Positions 48,301 through 61,019 of a DNA stretch of 64,000 nucleotides are shown piece after piece. Each line of letters begins with the position of its first letter. Position 1 is the stretch's first letter. Both the position numbers and the translations under genes were made by a program. The notes beneath the pieces are model-generated. The model was not told the origin of the DNA. It saw only the letters and a program-made list of their open reading frames with translations, and ran no database searches. The DNA comes from Stegostoma tigrinum (Eukaryota), in assembly GCF_030684315.1 (NCBI RefSeq), contig NC_081369.1, forward strand, positions 2,594,689 to 2,658,688, given 5' to 3'.

Positions 48301-51300
48301 TCCTCCACAGTCCAAAGATGTGCAGGATCGGTTGATTGGCCATTGTCCGCAGTGTCCAGGGATATGCAGGCAAAGGTGGGTCAGCCGCGGGAATGCGGTG
48401 TGGCGGTGTGGTGGGATAACAGGGATAGGGTGGGATGGTCTGCAGAGAGTCGATGCACTGCACTCTGGAGATTCTCTGATTCAAAGGCGTTTGCAATTTA
48501 ATTAGAGTTTGAAAGATACCAGGTGTCAGTAAGTAACTGATGTAAATCATTCATTCAACTGAATGAGTATTTGCCCTGGCTCTTCTACCAATGACTGAAT
48601 TGTGTAAAAACGCAATATGCTTATTTCTTGCAGTGGAGGTACCGGCGATTGATTCAGGTGGACAAAGTCAGAAGTCGCAAGACAGGTGTATTTGGAAGGC
48701 TTTCAGAGCACTGCACTTCACCCGACGAAGCAGCAGCGACTCGAAAGCTTGTGATTTCAAACAAACGTGTTGGACTTTGGCCTGGTGTCGTCTGACTTCT
48801 GACTTGCTTCTTGCAGGTTGCCGTTTGTCTCATTAAATGAAATTGCTGGCACGCTGCTTGGTGACTGATGTGGATTTGCATAATTTTGTTGATGTTTCGA
48901 GCAGCCATGGGACAAAGTTTCCACAAAGTTGTGGATCAGTTATTAGTTCAGACTGTTCCTGCCCTTTAGTTATGAAAGCACATTTGGACGTTAATTGAGA
49001 TGAGTTCAATTAAGATGTCCATTGCAAATACATAATTGTGAACAACCTTTTGTTTATTCACTGTTTTGGCGAATCCCTGACAATTTATCTCAAAGGCAGT
49101 GTTTCCTTCTTGAAACTTTAAGACAATGAATGTCTTGTCTGCCAATTTCACTGCTTTATCCTGATGCCGTCCTTCGCAGTTCTATGGGAGCTGTAGCCAT
49201 TCAGGAGAGTCGAGAGATTTCAGCAAAGTCCTGAATTCTACTGTTTAGAGAAAACTAATGCATTTCCGAGCAACGATCCGGATCAACACAGAGCTATCCC
49301 TTGCACTGTTTCTGAAACCCTCCTGTATTCCCTCATCAGTTGCTCACTCCGTTTATCTGCGTCACGTTAACAACAATTAAGAATTAAGAAGGCAGCCCGA
49401 GACGGCTTGCTCAGGGGCATTCAGGTGTTTCCAATAAATACTGGCCTTGCCAACAGCGTCCACATTCTGTTAAAGCATAACAATAAAAGTTGTGTTGTCA
49501 GTTTCATTTCAAGAGCTAATTCTATTTTGATATCTGGAAAGAACATAAAAATCCTAAGAGGGCATTAAAAAATAATAAGATTCAGGGGCTATTATTGCAC
49601 TGGTTTGCTCATAACATTGTTACATAAAATTTCCACTTTTCTGCTTATGCATGAGAGTCGATGCTGCAAAGTTAATTGGGTGGAATGAGTTCGTGCTCTA
49701 ATTTTAGGCTAGGAATCAGACAAAGAGCTGCGGATACCGGGGATCTGAAACAAAAACAGACATTGCGATGGAAACGTAATAGTTTTGAGATGATGCACTG
49801 GTGCTCGAATCAGATACTTTTTGTTTGTCGAGCAAAGAGCGCCAGCTATCGTGATGTTTATCGTTACGCAACAAAAATAACAGAAAGCTAAAACTGATCA
49901 AACCAGACAGTGTAAATTAAAAGTGCTTGGAATTTCTGTAAAAGAAGTATGAAACCTGCAGTCGAGGGAAGTTGTATTCCGTGACCTGAGGTGAACTCTA
50001 GAATGTTTCCACTTATTTGTCGGCTCGGCTGAGTGGAACCTATTCCACAATAAACAGACATGTTGCCGGCTCATAGCCTGCTCTCTGAGTCAGGAGAACG
50101 AACATGTCCGTTCAGTGGGTACCTGCATGGGCCCAAGCTATGCCTGCCTCTTTGTAGGGTCCGTGGAACAATCCCTCTTCCAAAGCTACACTGGCCCTTT
50201 CCCCATCTGTTCCTCCGTGACATTGATGACTGTTTTGGCGCCGCCTCCTGTTCCCACCAGGAGCTCGAACAGTTCATCCACTTCACTGACACCTTCCGCC
50301 CTAACCTTCAGTTTATCTCTCTCTCCTTCCTGGACCTCTTTGTCTCCATCTCTGGCATCCACCTGGAAACGGATATCCATTTTAAACCTACCAACTCCCA
50401 CAACTACCTGGAACATTCCTCCTCTCACCCACCTTCCTGTAAAAATGCCATCCCCTATTTCCAATTACTTTGCCTCCGCTGCATCTGCTCCCGAGATGAA
50501 GCATTCCACTCCTGAACATCCCATATGCCTTTTTTTTTCCAAAAATCACAACTTCCCTTCCACGGTGATCAAAAATGCCCTGGACTGTGGCTCCTGCATT
50601 TCCTGCAACTCATTCCTCACATCCCCTATTCGCAATAATAACCAAAACAGAATTCCCCCTCGTCCTCACGTACCACCCATCAACTTCCAAATCCAACGCA
50701 TCATCCTCCGACGTTTCCGCCGCCTGCAATCGGACCCCACCACCAAAGACATTTTTACCCTCCCCACCCTTATATGCTTTCCAGAGGGACCACTCTCTCC
50801 GCGACTCCCTTTTCCGCTCCACACTCCCCTCCAGCCCCACCACCCAGGGCACTTTTTCCTGCAAACGAAGCAAGTGCTACACCTGCCCCTATACCTCCCT
50901 CCTCATCCCAATCCCAGGCCCTGGGAAGGCTTTCACATCAAACAGATGTTCACCTGCACATCTTTCAATGTTATGTGCTGTAACCGCTGTTCCCGTTGTG
51001 GCCTCGTCTACATCGGGGAAACAAAGCAAAGGCTTGGGGATCACATTGGCGAACACCTACGCTCTGTTCGCAACAGACAAGTACACTTCCCATTCGCGAA
51101 CCATTTCAATTCCACCCGTCCCCACCCCCAGACGACATGCCTATCCTGGGCCTCCTGCTTTGCCACAATGACGCCACCCGAAAGATGCAGGACCAGCATC
51201 TCATATTTCGCTTGGGAACTCTCTCGCCCAATGGTATCAATGTGGATTTCACAAGCTGCAAAATCTCCCCTCCCCCGGCCACTTGCCAAAACCAGCCCGG

Positions 51301-53622
51301 CTAGTCCCCGCATCCCTAACCATTCTTCCCACCTCAAGCCCCACTCCCATCCCCTACCCATTAACCTCATCCAGCCCCCCTGACCAGTCCGTCCTCCCTG
51401 GACTGACCTATTCCACGCCCCAATTCCCCACCTACATTCACGTTCGCTGGTTCTAACCCCACCTGTTTGACCTGTCTGTCTCCTGTCACCCTATCTTCTA
51501 CTTTATCCATCTTCTACCCGCCTCCCCCGTCTCTCCATTTATTTCAGGATCCCCTTCCCCTCCCCCATTTCTGAAGAAGGGTCCCGACCTGAAACCTCAA
51601 ACTTTCCTGCTCCTCTGATGCTGCTGGGCCTGCTGTGTTCATCCAGCTCCGCACCGTGTTATGTCCATTCAGTGCTTTTGTTAATGCGTTGTGCATAAAA
51701 GGAGAGAGAAACAACTGCGTTTGTGCTTCGAAGTGACTTCACTTATGTCAGAATAGGAGGTATATGTATTTAATTAACGGAGGCCCTTTCAATCGCCATT
51801 TCAATGCAGCAGCTATCTAAAAAATATCAGAGATAGTAGGAACTACCGATGCTGGCGTCTGAGATAACCAGTTTGATACTGCAGTGTGGATCTGGAGGAA
51901 CACAGCAGGCCAGGCAGAATCAGTGCAGCAGGATCCCGACTCGAACGTCAGCTTTCCTGCTCCTCTGATGGTGCCTGGCCTTCAAAATATCATCTTGCGT
52001 TTCTGACTACAGGTTCTCATGTTGGATACTAATGGGAGTATCCAGTGCAAGGCTTTCTCAATAAGTCGACCTCAAAATTCTAGGAATTGTCACATGTTAG
52101 GAACATGTGAGAACTTTGTTTATTCTTTCACGGATAAATTATCGCTGAATGTTCATAAACCGTGATTTTTGACAAGACATCGGCTTAGGATCGCTATAGC
52201 GCAGAAAGAGCCCGTTCGGCTCATCGACTGTACACTAGCGCTGCGAACAACATCCCATCCAATGGCCAGAGTGAATATTCATCAAATATATGATTTACCT
52301 CTGATATTTAATAAGCCCTGGTGTTGTCCAGACACTAAATAAATTGTTCCTGTCTTTGAATCATATAATGCTTGCAGTGCGGTGGGAGGCCCTTCCGCCC
52401 ATCCAGTCTGCACAGATGTTGCAAAGAGCATCCCACCCAATCCCCGTAAACCCACATTCACCATGGCTCACCCGCCTCTTCTACACACACCAGGTCAATC
52501 CATCTAACCTGCACACCTTTGGGCTATGGGAGGAAGCCGGAGCACTCGGAGGAAATTCACACAGACATGGGGAGAATGTGCAAAGTCCACGCAGACAGTT
52601 GGCTGAGGCTGGAAGCAAACCCCATTCGCTGGCGCTATGAGGCTAATGACTGTGCCACCGTGCTGTACAATTGGAAACGTGTGATAACATGGTTAATAAA
52701 CTGATAGAATTATTTGAGACAATAAGGTGCGGAGCTAGATGTACACTGCAGGGCAAGCAGCATCAGAGGAGCAGGACAGCTGACGTTTCGGATTGGGCTT
52801 GGAAGTGAAGTAATCCAATGTAGAGTTAGAATCCTCAAGCTAAACAAAGGGGGAAAAACAGTATTGTGAAGGATGATTTGATTACCATTCGTGTGTAACT
52901 TCATTAAAAGACATGACGGTGGTGAAGCATTGGTGAATATGTTAGGAATGAATGCAGGCTGTGCAACACCACATCGAGACCTGGTGCAACATATACACTA
53001 GGAAGTTTAGAGCAACAATGGCGGGCGATATAAATGTTCATTAATGTGGTGAGACTTGAACCCAGGCTTTCTGGATCAAAAGTACTGCGCTATTGTCATC
53101 GGCCAGAACCATACTCGGACCAGTGCCTTTGTGGCTGGCATAACTAGGTAAATAGAGAAGGTTTTAAACTGAATCGTGGGGGCAAAGGATCACAGGTGGG
53201 AAGATGTTGTCTATCAAAAGCAAATGCAAGTGAAGAAGGGAAAATAATACTAAGGGAAATGAGCGACAAAGAAAGGCACAATTGGCAACAAGAGACAGTG
53301 ACAAGGAATGCATTACCAATCAAGTTGATGTACGCCAAAGTTAACAAAAAAAGAAGAAACTAGAGCATTGTCGAAGTAAGTTGGCCCATTGAGACCATAA
53401 CAACCCCTGAAGAGCATCCCACACCAGACTCACACTCCCAACCCTATCCCTGTAACCCAGTATATCCCAAGGCTAATACACTTGTCTTGAACAATCCCAG
53501 ACAACATAGACAAGTTTGCATGGCCATTCCGCCTAACACGCGCATCTTCGGACAGTAGGAGGAAACCGGCACACCCAGAGGAAACACGCACAGACAAAGG
53601 CGGAGTGTGCAAACTCCACCCA
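39330..53622. repeat. 14.29-kb tandem segmental duplication, unit 2
   Basis: Every ORF and repeat of 25045-39329 recurs about 14,285-14,294 nt downstream. The unit ends inside a SINE that continues past 53622. Confidence 0.95.
45768..47726 (-). CDS. Cassette B: intact leader (47726-47672), V (47367-47056) and C1 (46073-45768) exons with no TM exon of its own
   Basis: Copy of cassette A offset by about 14,291 nt. Frames are open and splice sites canonical; five amino-acid differences from A (four in V, one in C1). Confidence 0.8.
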
Positions 53623-53690
53623 AACAGTCAACTGAGGTTGGAATCAAAACCAGGTCCTGGCTCTGTGCCAGTCACTGAGTCACTATCCCG
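53370..53690 (-). mobile_element. HE1-like SINE containing the distal duplication breakpoint (truncated copy at 39075-39329)
   Basis: Full copy here; the copy at the junction stops at ctccaccca. Confidence 0.7.
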
Positions 53691-54259
53691 CCCCCCACTA
53701 AAACAGCAACACTTAAGGACCCATGATAACAATTCAAATCGGGTGGAGGGCAATATACTGGTGGTTATGTTCCCATGTTTCTGCTGTCCTGTTATTTTCT
53801 GACAGTAGTGGGTATGGATTATGAAGGTTTTCTTCAAAGGTTCATGGATTTGTCAATGCAAACCTGGACATTGTTAGGTTTTACTACATTTGCACTTGGA
53901 TTGTTCAAGTAACTGAGGCCATGTAAATGCCCCTGATCATTATGGAATTGTCAGTGCATGTCCCTCATACTGGTGTAATAATGGAGGCAACGTTTTGACG
54001 AAGAACGTGAAGATGTTTAGGCCAAGGAATCTAACCCAAACGCCATCATCAGTGATATCCTAGATATGAGATTACTGAAATCCAATAATCTGGCCCATTT
54101 TCCTTCGTGCTAATTATGACTCTAACCAGTGGAGATTTCCCTCAGTTCCCATTCACTCCAGTCGTATTTTTTAATGAGATCCTTAAAACCAAACCCAGTC
54201 AAATGAGCCCTGATATCAAGACCAGTCACTCTTCCTTCATCTTCAGTTGATTTTTTTTC

Positions 54260-54810
54260 CATAGAGCCATGGAGCATGGAAACAAACCCTTCAATCCAAC
54301 ATGTCCATTCCAATCAAGTTTTCCAAAGCAAACTAGTCCCATTTGCCTGTACTTGGCCCATATCGCAAAACACCATTCCTATTCATTTATCTGTCCAAAA
54401 TTCCTTTAAATTATGTAACTCTACCTGCATCTATCACTTCCTCAGGCAGTTTGTTCCATAATGAAGTGCACTCTGTGAGAAAAACTGTGCCTCTCCGGTC
54501 CCTTTAAAATCTTTCTGCTCTCACCTTAAAATCTGATTCCAAGTTTTCAATTCCCTACCCAAGAGAAAAGTCCTTTGCTTCTCACCTCATCGAAACATGA
54601 TTTCATCAATGTCTACAACATCACCCCTCAGTCTCCTATGCTCCAGTGAACAACGTCCCAGCCTAGCCAGTCTCTCCTTATAACTCAACTGCCTCATTCC
54701 CAGTAGCATCCTTCTAAATCTCTTCTCTTCTGTACCCTCTCCAATTTAATAATATTCTGACTGAATTGTGCACAGTCATCCAAAAGTGGCCTCACCAAAG
54801 TCCTGTGTAA
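54260..54810 (-). mobile_element. CR1-type LINE 3' end
   Basis: Reverse-complement similarity to 2580-3110; similar to 61020-61550. Confidence 0.65.
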
Positions 54811-55016
54811 CCTGATCCAAATCATTAATGAGGTCAATAGCTGAGTGAAAATTGAACTGAGTATCATTGAGTTCGTTGTGGAAGGACCAGTGCTAAGGTT
54901 GATGTAAAATCAAAATTATAAGCTAGAGCATAAACCAAACATATACAGGCTTGAATATCATGTTCACAAACATATGCTTTTTTTTAATATTACGTGTCTT
55001 AGTCATAAGGCTGTAC

Positions 55017-56809
55017 TTTTTTTGCAACTGTGTAAGTGGCATTTGCTGGAAATGAGTTCGAAACATAATCGCCTTGACAAGTGCAAACTGTGTCAAACTC
55101 GTCTGCGCCTGACACATAGAAGGAGGTGACAACCTCCCAATGTCCTTTGCTGTTGACTCGTTCATTTGTAAATCTAACTGTATCGTTTTTGTGCCAAGCA
55201 ACACTGAAGTCATTTTGGTCATTGGCAGATGTCCTGCAGAGATAAAGGTTTTTTTTCTGACAATACTGGCACAATTTTCAAGGGATCTGTTGAAACTGCG
55301 TTGTAAATAATATAATTCAGATAAATCTAAACGTTAGTATACTAATCCAAAACTTCAATGATTTAATGAACAAGCTATCAGTAAATATGGGGGACGGTTT
55401 TTTCATTAGTAGTTGTTATTTATTTGGAATAAATAATAAATGTGTCTGATAGCAACGCCCTGATTCAATTTCGGCACCATTCCCAACTCCAGCAAGATTG
55501 TTTTCTATCTTATATAAATATTAATTCATGCAAACATGTTTGAGATGTTAATCTGCATCCTTCTCTTTGCAATCAGTTTGGAACAGGATTCTAGATCGTC
55601 AAAACTGTGGCAGCCATGGTCCAAACGAAGGGGACTCACATTATCCATCTTTCTGAGAAATATGAGTTTCAATACCATTTGCTGATACAGTGCAGTTGCT
55701 GGATTGTGTGGAGTCGGTGGTGACACTTTCTTTATTTTTACCACATTATTGAACGTCATTCCAAAGAATTGAGTTATTTTATACTCACTGCATATGTTTA
55801 TGAAAAAAGTAACTGCTAACTCCCTTCACTGTTCATTAGAACCAAAAACGAACATTTAAATGTTGTAACACTAACCATAGACAACAAGTTGAGTAGCTTG
55901 TTTGTTAACCTTTTTTTGCTGATATTTGACCATACAGTAATATGCTCCAGTGTCCAGGATGGCCACATTGAAGAGAAGAAGGTGCCCACCACCTTTCCAT
56001 ACTTTGAAGAATTTTTTGCCGTCGTCCTCCAGATGCCCCTCACCGTCTCACCACAAAATAATGGTTACTTTTGAGTGGTTGACTTCAACGGGGAACGGGC
56101 ATGGCAGGTTAGCTGATGCAGTTGTCAGTGTTTGTACTTTATGACGTTCGGATTAACTTTGTCCAAAGTACACAGAGCAACTGTTAACAAAAGTTACAAA
56201 AACAAAGTTGCTGGAAAAGCTCAGCGGGTCTGGCAGAATCTGTGGAGGAGAAAACAGAGTTAACGTTGCGGATCTGGTGATCCTTCCTCAGAACTAGGGA
56301 AGAGTCACCAGACCCGAAACGTTAACTCTGTTTTCCCCTCCACAGATGCTGCCAGACCTGCTGAGCTTTTCCAGCAAACTCTGATTTTGTTCCTGATATA
56401 CAGCATCTGCATTTCTTTTGTTTTTTGTCAACAGAAGTTATATGCATACCCATTAAACAGGGAAGATGAACTGCACCATGAAATAATGCAATTAAACTGA
56501 TACTCTCATACAGTAGCAACTTAGCACATTTTACTCTTTGAATTCTGCTCCACTATCTGAATTTCTGCCCGAACTGAACGATTGCAATTTTTTTTCCACT
56601 TATCCAGATGATCCTGAGGACATGAAAAACGTACAAAGAGGTGCCCGATTATCAGTCAATTATCAGTTCAATTATTCTTCCGTCTGGATAAACCACATTT
56701 CAAACACTGCAAGAAGGACCATGTGCCTGGATACGAAATGCACAAAAAACATAAGTTCCACAGTGATCCACTCACAAACATAGCGACAAAGAAACTCTGG
56801 CAGATCATA
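55017..56809 (-). pseudogene. Cassette C: degenerate leader-V-C1 paralogue (C1 about 55017-55295, V 55876-56180, leader about 56727-56809)
   Basis: The V exon is 305 nt, with a frameshift and an in-frame TGA (LW*DGE). C1 is frameshifted before CRTS. The leader donor is mutated GTACAT>GCACAT. PLE insertions sit at the V acceptor and the leader. Confidence 0.87.
56197..56425. mobile_element. Hairpin mini-element of inverted family-B PLE termini, inserted in the V-exon acceptor tract of cassette C
   Basis: Inverted arms around about 56293. 15-nt TSD tgttaacaaaagtta / tgtcaacagaagtta. Confidence 0.8.
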
Positions 56810-56867
56810 GTAAAATGTGAGGCTGGATGAACACAGCAGGCCAAGCAGCATCTCAGGAGCACAAAAG

Positions 56868-56899
56868 CTGACGTTTCGGGCCTAGACCCTTCATCAGAG
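56868..56899 (-). ncRNA. Minimal hammerhead ribozyme motif
   Basis: Reverse complement of the motif at 58474-58505. Confidence 0.7.
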
Positions 56900-58473
56900 A
56901 GGGGGATGGGGGGAGGGAACTGGAATAAATAGGGAGAGAGGGGGAGGCGGACCGAAGATGGAGAGTAAAGAAGATAGGTGGAGAGGGTGTAGGTGGGGAG
57001 GTAGGGAGGGGATAGGTCAGTCCAGGGAAGACGGACAGGTCAAGGAGGTGGGATGAGGTTAGTAGGTAGCTGGGGGTGCGGCTTGGGGTGGGAGGAAGGG
57101 ATGGGTGAGAGGAAGAACCGGTTAGGGAGGCAGAGACAGGTTGGACTGGTTTTGGGATGCAGTGGGTGGGGGGGAAGAGCTGGGCTGGTTGTGTGGTGCA
57201 GTGGGGGGAGGGGATGAACTGGGCTGGTTTAGGGATGCAGTGGGGGAAGGGGAGATTTTGAAACTGGTGAAGTCCACATTGATACCATATGGCTGCAGGG
57301 TTCCCAGGCGGAATATAAGTTGCTGTTCCTGCAACCTTCGGGTGGCATCATTGTGGCAGTCCAGGAGGCCCATGATGGACATGTCATCAAGAGAATGGGA
57401 GGGGGAGTGGAAATGGTTTGCGACTGGGAGGTGCAGTTGTTTGTTGCGAACTGGGCGGAGGTGTTCTGCAAAGCGGTCCCCAAGCCTCCGCTTGGTTTCC
57501 CCAATGTAGAGAAAGCCGCACCGGGTACAGTGGATGCAGTATACCACATTGGCAGATGTGCAGGTGAACCTCTGCTTAATGTGGAATGTCATCTTGGGGC
57601 CTGGGATGGGGGTGAGGGAGGAGGTGTGGGGACAAGTCCTGCGGTTGCAGGGGAAGGTGCCGGGTGTGGTGGGGTTGGAGGGCAGTGTGGAGCGAACAAG
57701 GGAGTACCTTCCCCTGCAACCGCAGGAAATGCTACACTTGTCCCCACACCTCCTCCCTCACCCCCATCCCAGGCCCCAAGATGACATTCCACATTAAGCA
57801 GAGGTTCACCTGCACATCTGCCAATGTGGTATACTGCATCCACTGTACCCGGTGCGGCTTTCTCTACATTGGGGAAACCAAGCGGAGGCTTGGGGACCGC
57901 TTTGCAGAACTCCTCCGCTCAGTTCGCAACAAACAACTGCACCTCCCAGTCGCAAACCATTTCCACTCCCCCTCCCATTCTCTTGATGACATGTCCATCA
58001 TGGGCCTCCTGCACTGCCACAATGATGCCACCCGAAGGTTGCAGGAACAGCAACTCATATTCCGCCTGGGAACCCTGCAGCCATATGGTATCAATGTGGA
58101 CTTCACCAGTTTCAAAATCTCCCCTTCCCCCACTGCATCCCTAAACCAGCCCAGTTCATCCCCTCCCCCCACTGCACCACACAACCAGCCCAGCTCTTGC
58201 CCCCCACCCACTGCATCCCAAAACCAGTCCAACCTGTCTCTGCCTCCCTAACCGGTTCTTCCTCTCACCCATCCCTTCCTCCCACCCCAAGCCGCACCCC
58301 CAGCTACCTACTAACCTCATCCCACCTCCTTGACCTGTCCGTCTTCCCTGGACTGACCTATCCCCTCCCTACCTCCCCACCTACACCCTCTCCACCTATC
58401 TTCTTTACTCTCCATCTTCGGTCCGCCTCCCCCTCTCTCCCTATTTATTCCAGTTCCCTTCCCCCATCCCCCT

Positions 58474-58505
58474 CTCTGATGAAGGGTCTAGGCCCGAAAC
58501 GTCAG
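58474..58505 (+). ncRNA. Minimal hammerhead ribozyme motif
   Basis: ctCTGATGAaGGGTctagGCCCGAAACGTCag. Confidence 0.7.
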
Positions 58506-59979
58506 CTTTTGTGCTCCTGAGATGCTGCTTGGCCTGCTGTGTTCATCCAGCCTCACATTTTATTATCTTGGAATCTCCAGCATCTGCAGTTCCCATTATC
58601 TCTGGCAGATCATACATTGGATATAAAAAGACGACTGATGAATGTTTGTTGGGACACCAGTTATGCATCGATCTTAATCACTTGCACCTGTATGAAATCA
58701 AGAAGCACATAACGAGTTCCTGACGAATGGACAACATGCATGCGTCTTCATATAAGATCTTGTTGTGGTAACAGTGAGCGGAAATAACAACATGGACAAC
58801 TACTGCAGTTGTAGCCAAATCTAGGCCCAAATGGTGAAACTCCTGTCAGAGCCCTGATCCACTCACAGGACCCACCAGGCTTGGGTGCAATATCAGTCTG
58901 ACCAATACAAAACTCTATCCTTTAAGTTTTTACCCGCATCCACACAATGATAATATCCTTTCCTGGAGAATATTTTTTCTCATAATTTCAATTCAGCCAC
59001 AGGATACAACTGAAGCCCCTTCAAAGAAAACACATGTTTCAGTGGCATGGTTCTCAGTGGTTGGCACTGCTGACTCACAGTGCCAGGGATCCATGTTCGA
59101 GATGGTGACTGTCTGTGTGAGGTTTGCACATTCTTCCTGAGCCTGAGTTCAGGAAGTTTTGCCACTTCCTAAAGCAGTCCAAAGCTGTGCAGGTTCAGTG
59201 GTTTGGTCATTGTCTGCAGTATCCAGGGATATGCAGGTAAAGGTGGGTTTGTGGCGGGAATGTGGTGTGGCAGTGTGGTGTATTACCGGGGATAAGGTGG
59301 GATGCTTTTGGAAGTGTCATTGCATTACACAATAGGGATTTTATGATTCAAAGGCATTTGTAATTTAATTAGGATTTGAAAGATACCAGGAGTTATTAGG
59401 TAACTGACGGAAATCATTCATTCAACTTAATGAGTATTGAGGCTGGAATCAAACCCGGTCCCTGGTGATGTGAGGTAACAGTGTGCCACAATTCCACCCA
59501 ACTGGAACCTTGCGATGACATTGATACATAAACTGATAGAAGTATTCATTTAGATTGGAAGGAAAGTAATCCAATTTGGTTGACAGCAATGCGGTTGACT
59601 CTGGGCTTTAGAAATGGGCAATAAGTGCTGACCGAGCCTGCTCACAACTCATGAATCAAACATTAACTGCCCTGCATGACAGAGGGAATCTGGATCATTG
59701 AATGGTGCAAAACTGTGGATTTGAGAATCAGTTATGAACAAATAATCAGCATCATGTACATGAAATGCTCAGAAGTATCTAATGTGCATAATGCATCCGA
59801 AGTGCTGAGGTAGATGCATTTTATTCTTTCATTATCCATTCATGATGTGTGGTCCTCAGTCGGTGAGCCAACAATTATTGTCCATCCCAGCTACTTAACA
59901 GAAGTATGAATTGAAGTAAGATTCTTGAATGACGACTGTTCATTGTGCATACTTAGACACGAAGTACCTGCATAAATTC

Positions 59980-60428
59980 ATGGAGTATCAATAGTGTGGA
60001 AGCAAGACATTTGGCCTATTGTCTCCACACCAGCTGTCCAAAGAACATCCCACTCCAGAACCATCCCTGTAATCTTACATTTCCCATGACTAATCACCTA
60101 ATCTACACATCCCTGGACACTATGGGCAATTTAGCATGGCCAATCCACCTAAACTGCATATCTTTAGACTGTGGAAGGAAACCAGAGCAGCTGGAGTAAA
60201 CCCAAAGAGATGTGGGGAGAATGTGCAAACTCCACACAGAGTTTGACATTTAACCCCACATGTTTGCTCTGCTCTTTCCTTCACAGATGCTGCCAGACCT
60301 GCTGACCTTTTCCAGCAACTTCTATTTTTGTTCCACACAGTCACCCAAGGCTGGCGTCGAACCCAAGTACCTGGCACTGTGAAGCAGCTGCACTAAGCAC
60401 TGAGCCACTGAGCCACTGGGCCACCCAA
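59980..60428 (-). mobile_element. HE1-like SINE interrupted by a short PLE-terminus fragment (about 60240-60331)
   Basis: The SINE body resumes after a duplicated tccacacag. Confidence 0.7.
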
Positions 60429-61019
60429 GGTGTCTTAAGGAAAGAGAGTTGATGGCCACTGACCTAGCAACACTGAAGGAACTGAGATAACTTTCCAGGT
60501 CAGATAGAGGGGTGGCTTGGATGGCAATTTACAGGCAGTTGTGTTCGATATATCTGCTACCTTGTTATTTTAGATAGTCGTCATGATGGGTTTGGAAACT
60601 GATCTACAAATATTATTGGAAATGTCAGTAGAATGGTCCAAGTTTTATCATATTTGCAGATGAAATGTTTCAATAACTGAGGACTTGTGAATGGAGCTGA
60701 ACATTGTGCAATTACCAGTTAACAGCCGTAAAATTGGAGCAATAGTGGGGAGAAGGTAAATGGTGAAGCAGGTGAAGATGTTTGGGCCTAGGACATTGAA
60801 CCCAAGGACCACCCAGAGAGATATCCTGCAGCTGGAGTACAACAACTTGAGCCATATTCCTTTGTGCTAATATAACACTGACCAGTGGAGATTTCCCCCG
60901 ATTCCCATTAACTCCAGTTTTGCTTGAGCTCCTTGATGCCAAGCCTGGTCAAATGTGGCCTTGATGTCAAGGGCAGCCACTCTTTCCTCACATTCAGACT
61001 TTTTTTTTCAACTGACTCT

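Larger units (their letters stand above)
56810..58599. mobile_element. Young palindromic Penelope-like insertion (two GIY-YIG/3' segments head to head)
   Basis: Arms 56811-57658 and 57706-58563 are near-perfect reverse complements. Exact 15-nt TSD ctctggcagatcata (56795-56809 / 58600-58614). Confidence 0.95.

Noticed and set aside
50115-51383. 422-aa ORF as a novel gene
   Set aside because: It drifts between frames of a decayed, C-rich PLE, and the duplicate at 35821-37090 is split differently.
22-56180. Rearranging Ig/TCR/IgNAR locus
   Set aside because: The V exons are complete through the G strand and splice directly to C1. I saw no RSS heptamer/nonamer, no D or J segments and no FGxG motif, and the tail carries ITIMs.
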